Position numbers and translations under genes: made by a program
The notes under the pieces: model-generated
Databases searched by the model: none
The model's input: the letters and a program-made list of their open reading frames with translations, nothing else
Told to the model about the DNA's origin: nothing
Part shown: positions 1-7,639 of the stretch, piece after piece
How positions within the stretch are numbered: position 1 is the first letter of the stretch
How the letters are laid out: each line of letters opens with the position of its first letter
Origin: a virus
Reading direction: 5' to 3' (one strand)
Length of the DNA stretch: 64,000 nt
IMG/VR virus record: IMGVR_UViG_3300045988_136394
Location: 1-64,000 of that record

Positions 1-9
1 CTTGTCTAT

Positions 10-38
10 ATTATAGCCCCCCTTTATCCTGTTGTCAA
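10..38 (-). promoter_or_regulatory. sigmaA-type promoter on the minus strand (TTGACA-17-TATAAT, with a G6 run directly before the -10); it fires leftwards out of the window
   Basis: The reverse complement of 10-38 reads TTGACAACAGGATAAAGGGGGGCTATAAT. A near-identical 40-bp copy lies at 3216-3256. Confidence 0.5.
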
Positions 39-57
39 GTATTTTTTTGAAAAATCG

Positions 58-92
58 CAAAATAAAAAAGCAGGGTATTTGCCCTGCTTTTT
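58..92 (-). terminator. Rho-independent terminator hairpin (GCAGGGT/ACCCTGC stem) with flanking A and T runs, possibly bidirectional
   Basis: Stem-loop aagcagggtatttgccctgctt followed by a T-run on the minus strand, just downstream of gene 117..530. Confidence 0.5.
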
Positions 93-116
93 GACGTAAA
101 TGTTAAGTATTGTTTT

Positions 117-530
117 TTATGGTACTACGGTTAAAACAACGTTGTTTCCTGCTGCGATAATCATTCTGCTTAATTCTTCGCCGTCGATATTCTGCATACG
201 CAGACAGCCGTAAGTCGGTACCCAGCCTTGACGTCCTGCAAACGGATTAGGCAAGCCGCTGCCGCCACCGTGAATATCTCTTGCTCGTGGGTCGTGGGTA
301 GTGATATAGAATGTGCCATAAGCTGCGCCATATGCGCCGTTAGTAACTTCTGCGCTTACGTTTGTATAAACGCCGTCCGGTAAGCTTCCACGGGGGTCGC
401 CTGCTTCGTTGTAGCCCGGAACAAAATCGTCACGACATTCCCAATCACCAATGACATTATAGCTTTCATCCATTGCGAAAATGCGCTGTTTACTACGCTG
501 AAACTGGATTTCTTTGACCATGTTTATCAC
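117..530 (-). CDS. L,D-transpeptidase (YkuD) catalytic-domain protein
   Basis: HGGGSG...TYGCLRM motif, the conserved His...Gly...Cys catalytic pattern of L,D-transpeptidases. Confidence 0.55.
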   Translation of the reverse strand: MINMVKEIQFQRSKQRIFAMDESYNVIGDWECRDDFVPGYNEAGDPRGSLPDGVYTNVSAEVTNGAYGAAYGTFYITTHDPRARDIHGGGSGLPNPFAGRQGWVPTYGCLRMQNIDGEELSRMIIAAGNNVVLTVVP

Positions 531-552
531 TCCTTTTTACCATTTTAGCACG

Positions 553-1143
553 TTATTTCGTGGTAGGCAAAAATTTATTAACTACATAATCAATAACCCT
601 TTTTACTGCGTTAGCAATACTGCTATATCCTAGTTCTATCAGATTCTCGTTTATGCTGGACAGTTCTACTACTAATATACATACTGTGATAATACCCGGC
701 AAAAAGTCGTTTAAAATTAAATTTGTTGAAAATAATTTAATATTCGGAACTACTTGCCCAGCATAAAATGCAATGACTAAACTAGCATTGTAAACCAGCA
801 ATTTTTCTATAACCCTTGAAAGGGCGGCACTGTTTAAATAATTCTTTTTCCATGTTTCGGCTTTAAAGCAGTAATACAAGGCTTTACGAAGTGAGATAAA
901 TTCAATCGGTGTATCAGGCGTTAAATTTTCATGGATGTATTTTTTGCTAATATAAACGACTTTAAGAAATGTATCATAAAGGACTAATCCGAATGATAAA
1001 AACACTACACCCCAAAAGCCTTCTCCAAACGTCTTATATCCAAAAGTCCATATAGCCACAGCATATGCCCATACATCAATATTCGCAAACCTGTTAATTA
1101 TATATTTAAGTTTTTCATATAAATTTGTCCACATAAAATACAC
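553..1143 (-). CDS. hypothetical integral membrane protein
   Basis: 196-aa ORF with several hydrophobic segments. No recognisable motif. Confidence 0.4.
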   Translation of the reverse strand: MYFMWTNLYEKLKYIINRFANIDVWAYAVAIWTFGYKTFGEGFWGVVFLSFGLVLYDTFLKVVYISKKYIHENLTPDTPIEFISLRKALYYCFKAETWKKNYLNSAALSRVIEKLLVYNASLVIAFYAGQVVPNIKLFSTNLILNDFLPGIITVCILVVELSSINENLIELGYSSIANAVKRVIDYVVNKFLPTTK

Positions 1144-1188
1144 CCCTTGTTTTTACTATATTATATCACAGTAAAAACAAGGGGTGTT
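1141..1188. repeat. perfect 15-bp inverted repeat hairpin (CCCCTTGTTTTTACT...AGTAAAAACAAGGGG) between cistrons, overlapping the start codon of 553..1143
   Basis: Seen directly. Stem 15 bp, loop 12 nt. Confidence 0.6.
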
Positions 1189-1191
1189 CCC

Positions 1192-1611
1192 TTATTTCTT
1201 TTTAAAGTAATCGTCTATGCCGTGCGCCTGTACGCTGCTTATGCTTTCATAAAAATCGGGCTTTAAGCTATGTTTTTCAAGCCACTTCATAACGGCTGCT
1301 GTTAATGTTTTTTCTAGTTCGGAACAGGCTTCTTCTGATATATCTTCTAGTTTTAGCCAATCAGCAGCAGCAATTCCTGCTATCTCGTCAGCTTCAATTT
1401 TTAGAATATCCAATACTGTTTCTGATTTTAAAGCTGGCGTGTACAGCTTTGCACTCCCTGTATATACTACTAGACATCCTTTGTTGTGTTCGTCGTTCAT
1501 AGCCGCCTGCATTGCTTCCTCACGGCTGTTAAAATCACCCTGCCATGTTTCCCTATCAAAAGAATAGGCGTATAGCTGTGCTGTCTTTGCGGATTGCTTT
1601 TTTACTACCAT
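1192..1611 (-). CDS. hypothetical protein
   Basis: 139-aa ORF that fits the minus-strand operon context. Confidence 0.4.
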   Translation of the reverse strand: MVVKKQSAKTAQLYAYSFDRETWQGDFNSREEAMQAAMNDEHNKGCLVVYTGSAKLYTPALKSETVLDILKIEADEIAGIAAADWLKLEDISEEACSELEKTLTAAVMKWLEKHSLKPDFYESISSVQAHGIDDYFKKK

Positions 1612-1648
1612 TTTTCACCTTCTTTACCTGGGCTTTTGCCCTGCTTTT

Positions 1649-1972
1649 TCAAAATTTAATTAATGTCGGATTATGTTTGAGCTTTCTCGAAACTTTACGT
1701 TTTATGGCAGCGTTTAAATCGTCGTCCCGTATCGGTAAAGTTATCAATAGCTGCGATAATGATATATATACATCTGCCATTTTTTCTACAATCTTACTGT
1801 ATTGCGGCTCGCTTTTTACTAACTGTTCAACTAATTTAGTGCTAGAAATGCAGCAGCTTTCTATGATTTTTTCTTTCGTTGCAGCTTTAGCAATACATTC
1901 TATGCTCAATCTGTCTAATATCATAGCAGACGGTAGCACACGATTTTTATTTAAGGTTTGGTTTTCAAACAT
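1649..1972 (-). CDS. hypothetical protein; start moved to the ATG at 1972, which has a GAGGA ribosome-binding site (RBS) and an ATGTTTGA overlap with the upstream stop
   Basis: The ORF-track frame is 1649..2068. The internal ATG with an RBS overlaps the stop of 1965..2162. Confidence 0.35.
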   Translation of the reverse strand: MFENQTLNKNRVLPSAMILDRLSIECIAKAATKEKIIESCCISSTKLVEQLVKSEPQYSKIVEKMADVYISLSQLLITLPIRDDDLNAAIKRKVSRKLKHNPTLIKF

Positions 1973-2162
1973 TTTTGTCCTCGCGTTGGGCTTCGTTCCA
2001 TTTTCTAGTCGTTTCAAGAATTCCGTCACCATATGCGCCTGATATAGACTGTCCGCAGTTACATTCAAAGTAAAAGGATAGTCCCAATTTTAGTCTTGGC
2101 TGACTTTTGCATTTTTTACAAGCTGCAATTTTTAATTTTAAGCTGCCGTTTTTCTTTGCCAT
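1965..2162 (-). CDS. Lar-family-like zinc-ribbon protein (putative restriction alleviation)
   Basis: CKKC...ECNCG zinc ribbon and a C-terminal ...TTRKWNEAQRE that resembles the Lar-family C-terminus (…EAI.AWNRR). Confidence 0.4.
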   Translation of the reverse strand: MAKKNGSLKLKIAACKKCKSQPRLKLGLSFYFECNCGQSISGAYGDGILETTRKWNEAQREDKNV

Positions 2163-2164
2163 AG

Positions 2165-2437
2165 CTATAAGCCCCTTTCTGTTTTTTCATCTAACGGAAT
2201 ACCCACATCAACTAACTGCTTGACGCCTTTCAATATGTGGTCTATAGAGTTTTTCCTCTTTTGAATTTTTAAAATGTATCCTACTAAATTCGCGCACACT
2301 ACGGCTGCATGAAATTCGTCTAAATTTAAAAAACATTCGTCGCTGATTAAATCGCCTGACGCTTCCCGTGTTATTCCCACAACGACTACGCTGTCGTTTT
2401 CTTTAGCTAATATCCTAGCTGCTTCTTTCGCGTTCAT
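2165..2437 (-). CDS. hypothetical protein
   Basis: 90-aa ORF. Confidence 0.35.
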   Translation of the reverse strand: MNAKEAARILAKENDSVVVVGITREASGDLISDECFLNLDEFHAAVVCANLVGYILKIQKRKNSIDHILKGVKQLVDVGIPLDEKTERGL

Positions 2438-2447
2438 ATTATCCCCC

Positions 2448-2771
2448 CTAAATCAATTCTAAAATCGCTTGTAATTCGACTTCTGTATTATATTTTTTTA
2501 CGTCATCTTTAATGGTAAAACGGTCTTTAAACCATAAAGTTAAAAAGCAACTCATTGTAAAAAAGCGAACGAAAAACGCGCCATAATTTTTTAAATAAAG
2601 TTGATGAAAACCAAACCAGCCGAAAAATGACCATAGATATAAAGCTCTATCTAAATCAATGCTTTTTTTTGCAACTTTCATCCTGAATTTTGTTTTCCCT
2701 GTTTCTGAAAGTTTTTCATACTGTTCGTTAATAAAGTCCTCTTTTGTTGAAAAATCCATAGTGTGTAGCAT
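2448..2771 (-). CDS. TM2-domain membrane protein
   Basis: GWFGFHQLYLKNYG...FF matches the TM2-domain signature (G..G.H.FYLG). Confidence 0.5.
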   Translation of the reverse strand: MLHTMDFSTKEDFINEQYEKLSETGKTKFRMKVAKKSIDLDRALYLWSFFGWFGFHQLYLKNYGAFFVRFFTMSCFLTLWFKDRFTIKDDVKKYNTEVELQAILELI

Positions 2772-2790
2772 AGTTTTTACCCCTTTCTTT

Positions 2791-3075
2791 TTACAAAAAC
2801 TCTGAAACTAATTCGTATCCCTCGTGGCTCTCGTTGAAGCATACCTTGTTATTCAATTCTTTAGGTACATCCTTTAATACGATACTTGCCCTAATGCCTA
2901 AATATCTTACTGCCGGGTTAACCTCTTTGAATACTCCTTTAGCTAGATTCCTAGCCTCACTGTAGTTGTAGGCAAAGGCTATAACTATTCCCAGCTCAGG
3001 AAACTCTTTGCTAGAACACTTGAAAGCCCTAACTTTTTCATACTGCTTTATCATGTTAGCCATTCTACAGTCCAC
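2791..3075 (-). CDS. hypothetical protein, first gene of the leftward operon
   Basis: 94-aa ORF. The true start may be the internal Met (MANMIKQ...). Confidence 0.35.
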   Translation of the reverse strand: MDCRMANMIKQYEKVRAFKCSSKEFPELGIVIAFAYNYSEARNLAKGVFKEVNPAVRYLGIRASIVLKDVPKELNNKVCFNESHEGYELVSEFL

Positions 3076-3224
3076 CTAACCAGCCGCGCCATATAGGATA
3101 TTCTATCAACACTTCGGCAAGTCCGGCACTTAATTTAACCGCAAAACTCACTAATCCAGCGGCGGCAGCAACTTTAATTATTGTTTTCCACTCAAACAAA
3201 TTATCAACTCCTATCTTTACTTAT

Positions 3225-3254
3225 ATTATAGCCCCCCTCTGTTCTGTTTGTCAA
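3225..3254 (-). promoter_or_regulatory. sigmaA-type promoter on the minus strand (TTGACA-18-TATAAT, G6 run before the -10) driving the 3075 to 117 operon
   Basis: Reverse complement reads TTGACAAACAGAACAGAGGGGGGCTATAAT. It is a direct-repeat copy of 1-40. Confidence 0.55.
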
Positions 3255-3299
3255 TAGGGTAATAAAAAATATAGTCCCTGTTAGAAGCTGGTAGGCAGA

Positions 3300-3620
3300 A
3301 AAACCCCTAACAGCACACAGTATTACTACTGTCTACTGAAAAGAGGTTTTTGCGATTGCGTCCCCGCCGTCGCTGTATAGTTGAATTGCTAGCCATTTCA
3401 TAGCGTCCCCAACGTCCCACGCTCCATGACTTACCCCCGCGCACTCTGCGCCCGTTGCCGCCAGCCGTATATTTTATAGACTATGCCTGTCTAAAGGTAT
3501 ATACACCATACCAGAGTAGGTTGACCTCTGCCAACTTCCCCCCCGCATAAAGCCCACTACAGCTAAAGCGGCTACTGATTTTTGCAATTAGAAAATCAGT
3601 AGGGGCAACGACTTTATAAA
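3300..3620. other. GC-rich ORF-free island between divergent promoters, with several hairpins; possible structured RNA or protein-binding region
   Basis: Local GC is far above the phage average (runs such as gcgtccccgccgtcgc and cccccgcgcactctgcgcccgttgccgcc). No ORF longer than 22 codons. An 11-bp stem ctactgatttt/aaaatcagtag is present. Confidence 0.3.
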
Positions 3621-3745
3621 CTTGGCTCGTTGCAGCACCAACCATTTTTTATACACAGGTGGGGTTATTCTGTGTCATTCCTATAGAGGTAAGGAATTTT
3701 TTCTATATTTAGTTAAAATCTAGTGTCAGCATTTACTTTTTTATA

Positions 3746-3774
3746 TTGACATTACTTTAAAATTTAGATATAAT
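3746..3774 (+). promoter_or_regulatory. consensus sigmaA promoter TTGACA-17-TATAAT
   Basis: ttgaca ttactttaaaatttaga tataat, a perfect consensus. Confidence 0.6.
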
Positions 3775-3780
3775 TTCTAT

Positions 3781-3928
3781 ATAGGCGTAACAAAAGGGGA
3801 CCTATAACTTCTAAAAGTTATAAGTTGATAATTAGTGTCGGCAAACATTTTTTATTGACATTGTTTTTTTTTGTTGCGTTTGCGTATGAGGTAGCAGCTC
3901 TGAAAAGAGTTGCTACTTTTTTATTTTA
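3781..3928 (+). ncRNA. candidate small RNA, about 150 nt, from the consensus promoter to an intrinsic terminator; no plausible ORF
   Basis: Promoter at 3746-3774. Terminator hairpin gtagcagctct-gaaa-agagttgctac followed by TTTTTTATTTT. Internal hairpin ataactt/aagttat. Confidence 0.35.
3891..3928 (+). terminator. Rho-independent terminator
   Basis: 11-bp stem with one G.U pair, GAAA loop, then T6AT4. Nested inside an outer 7-bp stem atgaggt/acctcat. Confidence 0.55.
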
Positions 3929-3953
3929 ACCTCATTTGATAAATTTGTCTAGT

Positions 3954-3983
3954 TGTGGATAATGTGGATAACTCTGTGTATAA
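3954..3983. promoter_or_regulatory. tandem DnaA-box cluster (TGTGGATAA-TGTGGATAA plus TGTGTATAA) followed by an AT-rich stretch
   Basis: Two contiguous perfect 9-mers matching the Firmicute DnaA-box consensus TTATCCACA/TGTGGATAA and a third copy with one mismatch. Confidence 0.55.
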
Positions 3984-4065
3984 ACTATATATAGTATTTA
4001 AACCGGAGTATTAGCCTATAAAAACACAAGATATAGTAAAAATAAAAGTTGTAAAAATTTTTAGC

Positions 4066-4094
4066 TTGATTTTTTTAGCCGTGCCGTTTATAAT
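4066..4094 (+). promoter_or_regulatory. sigmaA-type promoter TTGATT-17-TATAAT
   Basis: ttgatt tttttagccgtgccgtt tataat. Confidence 0.45.
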
Positions 4095-4128
4095 AATTCT
4101 GTAATTACAAATGCGTTAGGGGGGGGCA

Positions 4129-4251
4129 ATGCCTGTTCTCGAACGAATCAAAAGCCGCTCCCCGATAGTTCCTAACGTCGTGAATAACAAGAACATCACA
4201 AGCGCATATTTTCTTTTTCAAAATAAGTATCCTTTCTGTATGATTTATTAA
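4129..4251 (+). CDS. possible 40-aa small ORF (MPVLERIKSRSPIVPNVVNN...) within a roughly 210-nt promoter-to-terminator unit; may instead be a small RNA
   Basis: ATG preceded by a G8 run (RBS-like). The unit is bounded by the promoter at 4066-4094 and the terminator at 4271-4310. Confidence 0.25.
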   Translation: MPVLERIKSRSPIVPNVVNNKNITSAYFLFQNKYPFCMIY

Positions 4252-4270
4252 AAAAATCTTAGTAGGTTAT

Positions 4271-4310
4271 CCCTAGAATGCAGCTATACATTCTAGGGAT
4301 TTTTTCTTTT
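4271..4310 (+). terminator. Rho-independent terminator
   Basis: 10-bp stem ccctagaatg/cattctaggg followed by a T-run. Confidence 0.55.
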
Positions 4311-4329
4311 TATTTTTTTCAAAATTCAC

Positions 4330-4358
4330 TTGACACCTTCTTGTATTCGCTTTATAAT
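4330..4358 (+). promoter_or_regulatory. consensus sigmaA promoter TTGACA-17-TATAAT for the plus-strand operon
   Basis: ttgaca ccttcttgtattcgctt tataat, then RBS AAAGGGGGG before the ATG at 4380. Confidence 0.6.
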
Positions 4359-4379
4359 GAGAATAAAGGGGGGCTACAA

Positions 4380-4556
4380 ATGAGGTTTGTGTTAATGGCG
4401 TTAGGGACTGGTGTCGTTGCCGCAACAGCGGTATTCGACACGTTTAGTCAGATATTAAATTTACTTTTTATCACGGTCAGCAATCAGCGACATTGCTTAC
4501 TGAATTTACTTTACTTTATAAGCGCAGTTCTTGCGCTGCTGGTGATTTTGAAATGA
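4380..4556 (+). CDS. small hydrophobic membrane protein (58 aa)
   Basis: ATG with a strong RBS directly downstream of the consensus promoter. Two hydrophobic helices. Confidence 0.45.
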   Translation: MRFVLMALGTGVVAATAVFDTFSQILNLLFITVSNQRHCLLNLLYFISAVLALLVILK

Positions 4557-4816
4557 GGGTCATATTAAATCCTTTAATGCCGAATAAAGACGGTTACTTG
4601 ATGCCTGTAAAGCCGTCACAAGTCTATCATTGCGATAACATAAATCAATTTGTTACGCAAGTTGTTAAATCCGGCTCGCTCAATACTGAATATGTTGATT
4701 TGTGCAACATAGTTGGCTATTCAGAAGAAAAGGCGGATGTTAAAACATTAGTCGAGATTTTGAAAGACTTATTTTTTGAAAAACATCTAGCTTTAACAGC
4801 GGATTTTGACGAATAA
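4554..4816 (+). CDS. hypothetical protein (87 aa)
   Basis: ATG overlaps the upstream stop (ATGA), suggesting translational coupling. Confidence 0.4.
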
Positions 4817-4938
4817 AAAAACGCCTGCACAAGACGCACAGACGTAAAAAAGGAGTAAGCCGCTACACATAAATAATATAACTAAATATGTGCTTAATCA
4901 AACTTAAAGGATTACTAATGAGAAAGAAGGGCAAAGCT

Positions 4939-5814
4939 ATGCAGATTAAATTCCCATTACTAAACGCAGAAGATATAGAGATACGCGTTAACCGTATCAT
5001 TAAGTGCTATGCCGAGAATGCACAAGGCGAACGTGTTGAATACTACAAGGCAGATTTACTGCTTTATAAAGACGCTCGTGTTGATATGTATTATTTAGAT
5101 AGATACGTCGGGGCGGATAGCTGGCAAAGAACGCACAGGGCAGAAGGAAACGACTTCATCTGCGGAATATCCATAAAAAATGAAGCTGGAGAATGGATAA
5201 CTAAAGAAGATGTAGGCGAATTATCCAACGTTTCGGCGAATAAGGGGCGCGCTTCCGACGCCTTTAAACGTGCTGCTACTAATTGGGGTATAGGGCGGGA
5301 ATTATACAGTTCCCCCAAAATTCAGCTCATACTAAAAAAATATGAAACGTATATCAACAATCGAACGAAAAATGTAGCCTTAAGCAATGATGTTTCTTTT
5401 TTCGTTTCAGAAATTGAATACGACGAAAAAAAGCGTATCATTAAAGCTCTTGTGATTAAAGACGGGAACGGTAACTATCGTTTCGCCTACCCAGACGGCA
5501 AGCGCAACGAGATACAGAAACGAATTGAAGCAGCGCAGCAGGTCGGCGCATTAGTTGCCGCCAGCGTCGAAAAAGGCAAAGAAAAGCCTTTGCCTGAAAT
5601 CATCCCAGTTAAGCGGGAACGGGCAGAGGAAGCACCGCCCGCTATTAAGCCCAAAAATACGCCGCCACCTAAAGATGATGATACACGTAACATGTGTATC
5701 ATGTGCGGTGTCGGAATAAGCAAAGCTGTAGCAGCTATATCCAATCGTAAAGTACAGCAGGCAGTTTGTCTGCAATGTCGAGAAAAAATATTGAAAGGCA
5801 GGTATAAAAAGTGA
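4939..5814 (+). CDS. Rad52-like single-strand annealing protein (Sak-type recombinase)
   Basis: N-terminal FPLLNAEDIEIRVNRI and the RASDAFKRAATNWGIGRELY motif, typical of the Rad52/Sak family. Start chosen at the ATG that has a GAAGGG RBS. Confidence 0.65.
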   Translation: MQIKFPLLNAEDIEIRVNRIIKCYAENAQGERVEYYKADLLLYKDARVDMYYLDRYVGADSWQRTHRAEGNDFICGISIKNEAGEWITKEDVGELSNVSANKGRASDAFKRAATNWGIGRELYSSPKIQLILKKYETYINNRTKNVALSNDVSFFVSEIEYDEKKRIIKALVIKDGNGNYRFAYPDGKRNEIQKRIEAAQQVGALVAASVEKGKEKPLPEIIPVKRERAEEAPPAIKPKNTPPPKDDDTRNMCIMCGVGISKAVAAISNRKVQQAVCLQCREKILKGRYKK

Positions 5815-6002
5815 ATTTAAAAGGTATCGTTTCAGGTGTAGTGTGCGAAAAATGCGGGGCAGTGAAGCTGTTTCCTTTTTCAACAAAAGGTCAGACAAAA
5901 ATCAAAGCCCGGTCTTTAGGCTGGACTATATCTAAGCAAAAGCAGGTAGGCACTGAATGGCGTTGTGTGTGCAAGTGTCCCGATTGCGTGAATAACGGTT
6001 AA
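5811..6002 (+). CDS. zinc-ribbon protein (63 aa)
   Basis: CEKCG...CVCKCPDC cysteine pairs. GTG start overlaps the upstream stop. Confidence 0.35.
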   Translation: MNLKGIVSGVVCEKCGAVKLFPFSTKGQTKIKARSLGWTISKQKQVGTEWRCVCKCPDCVNNG

Positions 6003-6006
6003 GAAA

Positions 6007-6053
6007 AAGCCCCTAGCGTGTCACACAATCGACGCTAGGGGCTTTTAATTTTA
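6007..6053 (+). terminator. Rho-independent terminator ending the plus-strand operon
   Basis: Perfect 11-bp stem gcccctagcgt/acgctaggggc followed by TTTTAATTTT. Confidence 0.65.
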
Positions 6054-6098
6054 TCTTGCTTATGTTTCCTTGTGTTGATGATTTAAACGGCTTATAAC

Positions 6099-6767
6099 TT
6101 AAATTTGACGTTCTCGCACTTTAAAACCTTTACATTCTACTATTGCCGCCGAATTTACTTTCTTATTGCTGACGCTGCTATTAATATACCGCCCTTTCAC
6201 TGCTGACCACGCCAGCATATATTTATCAACAGCAGGTGTAACCTTCGTTGCTGCCTTTTTGGTAATCAGCCTTAATTTACTGTAGCGTCCTTCGTGTGCA
6301 GTGATAAAGCCGATATGCGGCGGTACTTCGTCGAGTAGCCCCAGCTTTTCAAGCTGCTTGAACGTGTCTGACGGCATAACGTAGTAGTTAATATCACCCA
6401 CCAAGTTATGTCCGTTAGGGCTTTTAAAATCGCTTACAGTACTTTTTATCTCGAAACAAATAGTAATTAATTCAGTAGGTAAATCAAAAGTCTTAAAGGT
6501 CTTTATAACGTCGCCTCTGTAGTTCTTTTTTTTACAAGTTATATAATGTTCTTCCGGATTAGTTATACCGTAGGTTATAGGCGGCAGCAGAAAGCTTTCA
6601 CAAACTTTTATACAATCTACCTTCCCAGCTTCACTCAATCCGTTTAAAACGGCTATTTCATACGCGGTTAATATTCCGCGTGCTGTAGCAATTCTAACCC
6701 CGTCAATCTTTGACGGGGTATATTCTTTTAACGCTTTTTCTATTCTTAATACTATATCACTTTTCAT
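6099..6767 (-). CDS. hypothetical protein, possibly a PD-(D/E)xK-type nuclease
   Basis: An FDLPTE...ICFEIK arrangement resembles a D...ExK nuclease motif. The assignment is weak. Confidence 0.3.
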   Translation of the reverse strand: MKSDIVLRIEKALKEYTPSKIDGVRIATARGILTAYEIAVLNGLSEAGKVDCIKVCESFLLPPITYGITNPEEHYITCKKKNYRGDVIKTFKTFDLPTELITICFEIKSTVSDFKSPNGHNLVGDINYYVMPSDTFKQLEKLGLLDEVPPHIGFITAHEGRYSKLRLITKKAATKVTPAVDKYMLAWSAVKGRYINSSVSNKKVNSAAIVECKGFKVRERQI

Positions 6768-6984
6768 TGTTTATATCCTTTTTTCTATAGTCTATAGTTA
6801 AAAGATATCGCCCAGTAGCAAGCAAAGTTTTAACCCGCCGCCTATAGAATATATAAGCCTTTTTTATTTGTCGTTCACGTTCTTTTTTTATCATAGTTCT
6901 AACTATTTCCTTATTTTTCAAAATTGTTAGGAAGTTTTTTCTTCCGAACGTCGCGGATAAAATATAACTTCCACCTGTAAGCAA
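6757..6984 (-). CDS. hypothetical basic protein (start uncertain, TTG)
   Basis: ORF in the minus-strand operon. An alternative 46-aa ORF in another frame reaches about 7049. Confidence 0.3.
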   Translation of the reverse strand: MLTGGSYILSATFGRKNFLTILKNKEIVRTMIKKERERQIKKAYIFYRRRVKTLLATGRYLLTIDYRKKDINNEK

Positions 6985-7053
6985 GGCTATAGCCCCCGCG
7001 ACGGTAGAGGGTAAAGGCTTTTTTAAACTGCTGTATTCGTTCTGTTTTCATTT

Positions 7054-7182
7054 TTACCTCAAATAAATAATAGGTTCACTGTCAGGCTCGTTAACGACTA
7101 TAACGCCAAGCAAAGGGCAGCCGTCCGTTTGTGTTTCAGCAGGCAAGCCCGTTATAGCACTCATAAGTTCTTCTTTAGTCAT
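7054..7182 (-). CDS. small ORF (42 aa, MTKEELMSAITGLPAETQTDG...)
   Basis: Below the ORF-track cut-off. Start overlaps the stop of the next small ORF (ATGA). Confidence 0.3.
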   Translation of the reverse strand: MTKEELMSAITGLPAETQTDGCPLLGVIVVNEPDSEPIIYLR

Positions 7183-7336
7183 TCTTTTTCTCCGTTTCCA
7201 ATTCCAATGTTGCCCAAAAGTTACCATTACCTTTTACTATGCTGATGATTCGCCAACCGCGGCGCGTATAGTATCTGTTGATGAATTCTATCAATTTCTC
7301 GTGGCTTGGGTCGAATATTGACATATATTTTCTCAT
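7179..7336 (-). CDS. small ORF (52 aa, MRKYMSIFDPSHEK...)
   Basis: Strong RBS GGAGGTG 7 nt upstream of the ATG. Confidence 0.4.
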
Positions 7337-7348
7337 TTTGCACACCTC

Positions 7349-7639
7349 CTATATTTTTACCCGTGTAAAGTCAAATGGATTTTTATATGGATTTTTTAAA
7401 CTGTATCCGCTAATTAATCCACCCTGATAACCAAAATTGTCAAGCCATTGCCCATTTTTTCTAAATCTTATGGCGTCCTTGCAATTTGTGCTTCTTAAAT
7501 AAATCGTCCCGCTTTTGGTAATTTTTAAAATTTTTTCTATTGTCTGCCTATCGCCAGCCATTGAATGATATTCTATAGTAACTTCATCACCGACTTTCAA
7601 GGTCGCTGCATATTTTTCTAAAGTCATATATGTTGACAT
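7349..7639 (-). CDS. hypothetical protein
   Basis: 96-aa ORF whose stop abuts the next gene. Confidence 0.4.
   Translation of the reverse strand: MSTYMTLEKYAATLKVGDEVTIEYHSMAGDRQTIEKILKITKSGTIYLRSTNCKDAIRFRKNGQWLDNFGYQGGLISGYSLKNPYKNPFDFTRVKI

Noticed and set aside
1305-2042. Plus-strand ORFs 1305..1502 and 1545..2042
   Set aside because: They lie entirely antisense to well-supported minus-strand genes. The peptides are low-complexity and hydrophobic with no RBS, which is typical for an AT-rich antisense frame.
5091-5898. Minus-strand ORFs 5091..5318, 5487..5744 and 5551..5898
   Set aside because: They are antisense to the Rad52-like Sak gene, which has clear family motifs.
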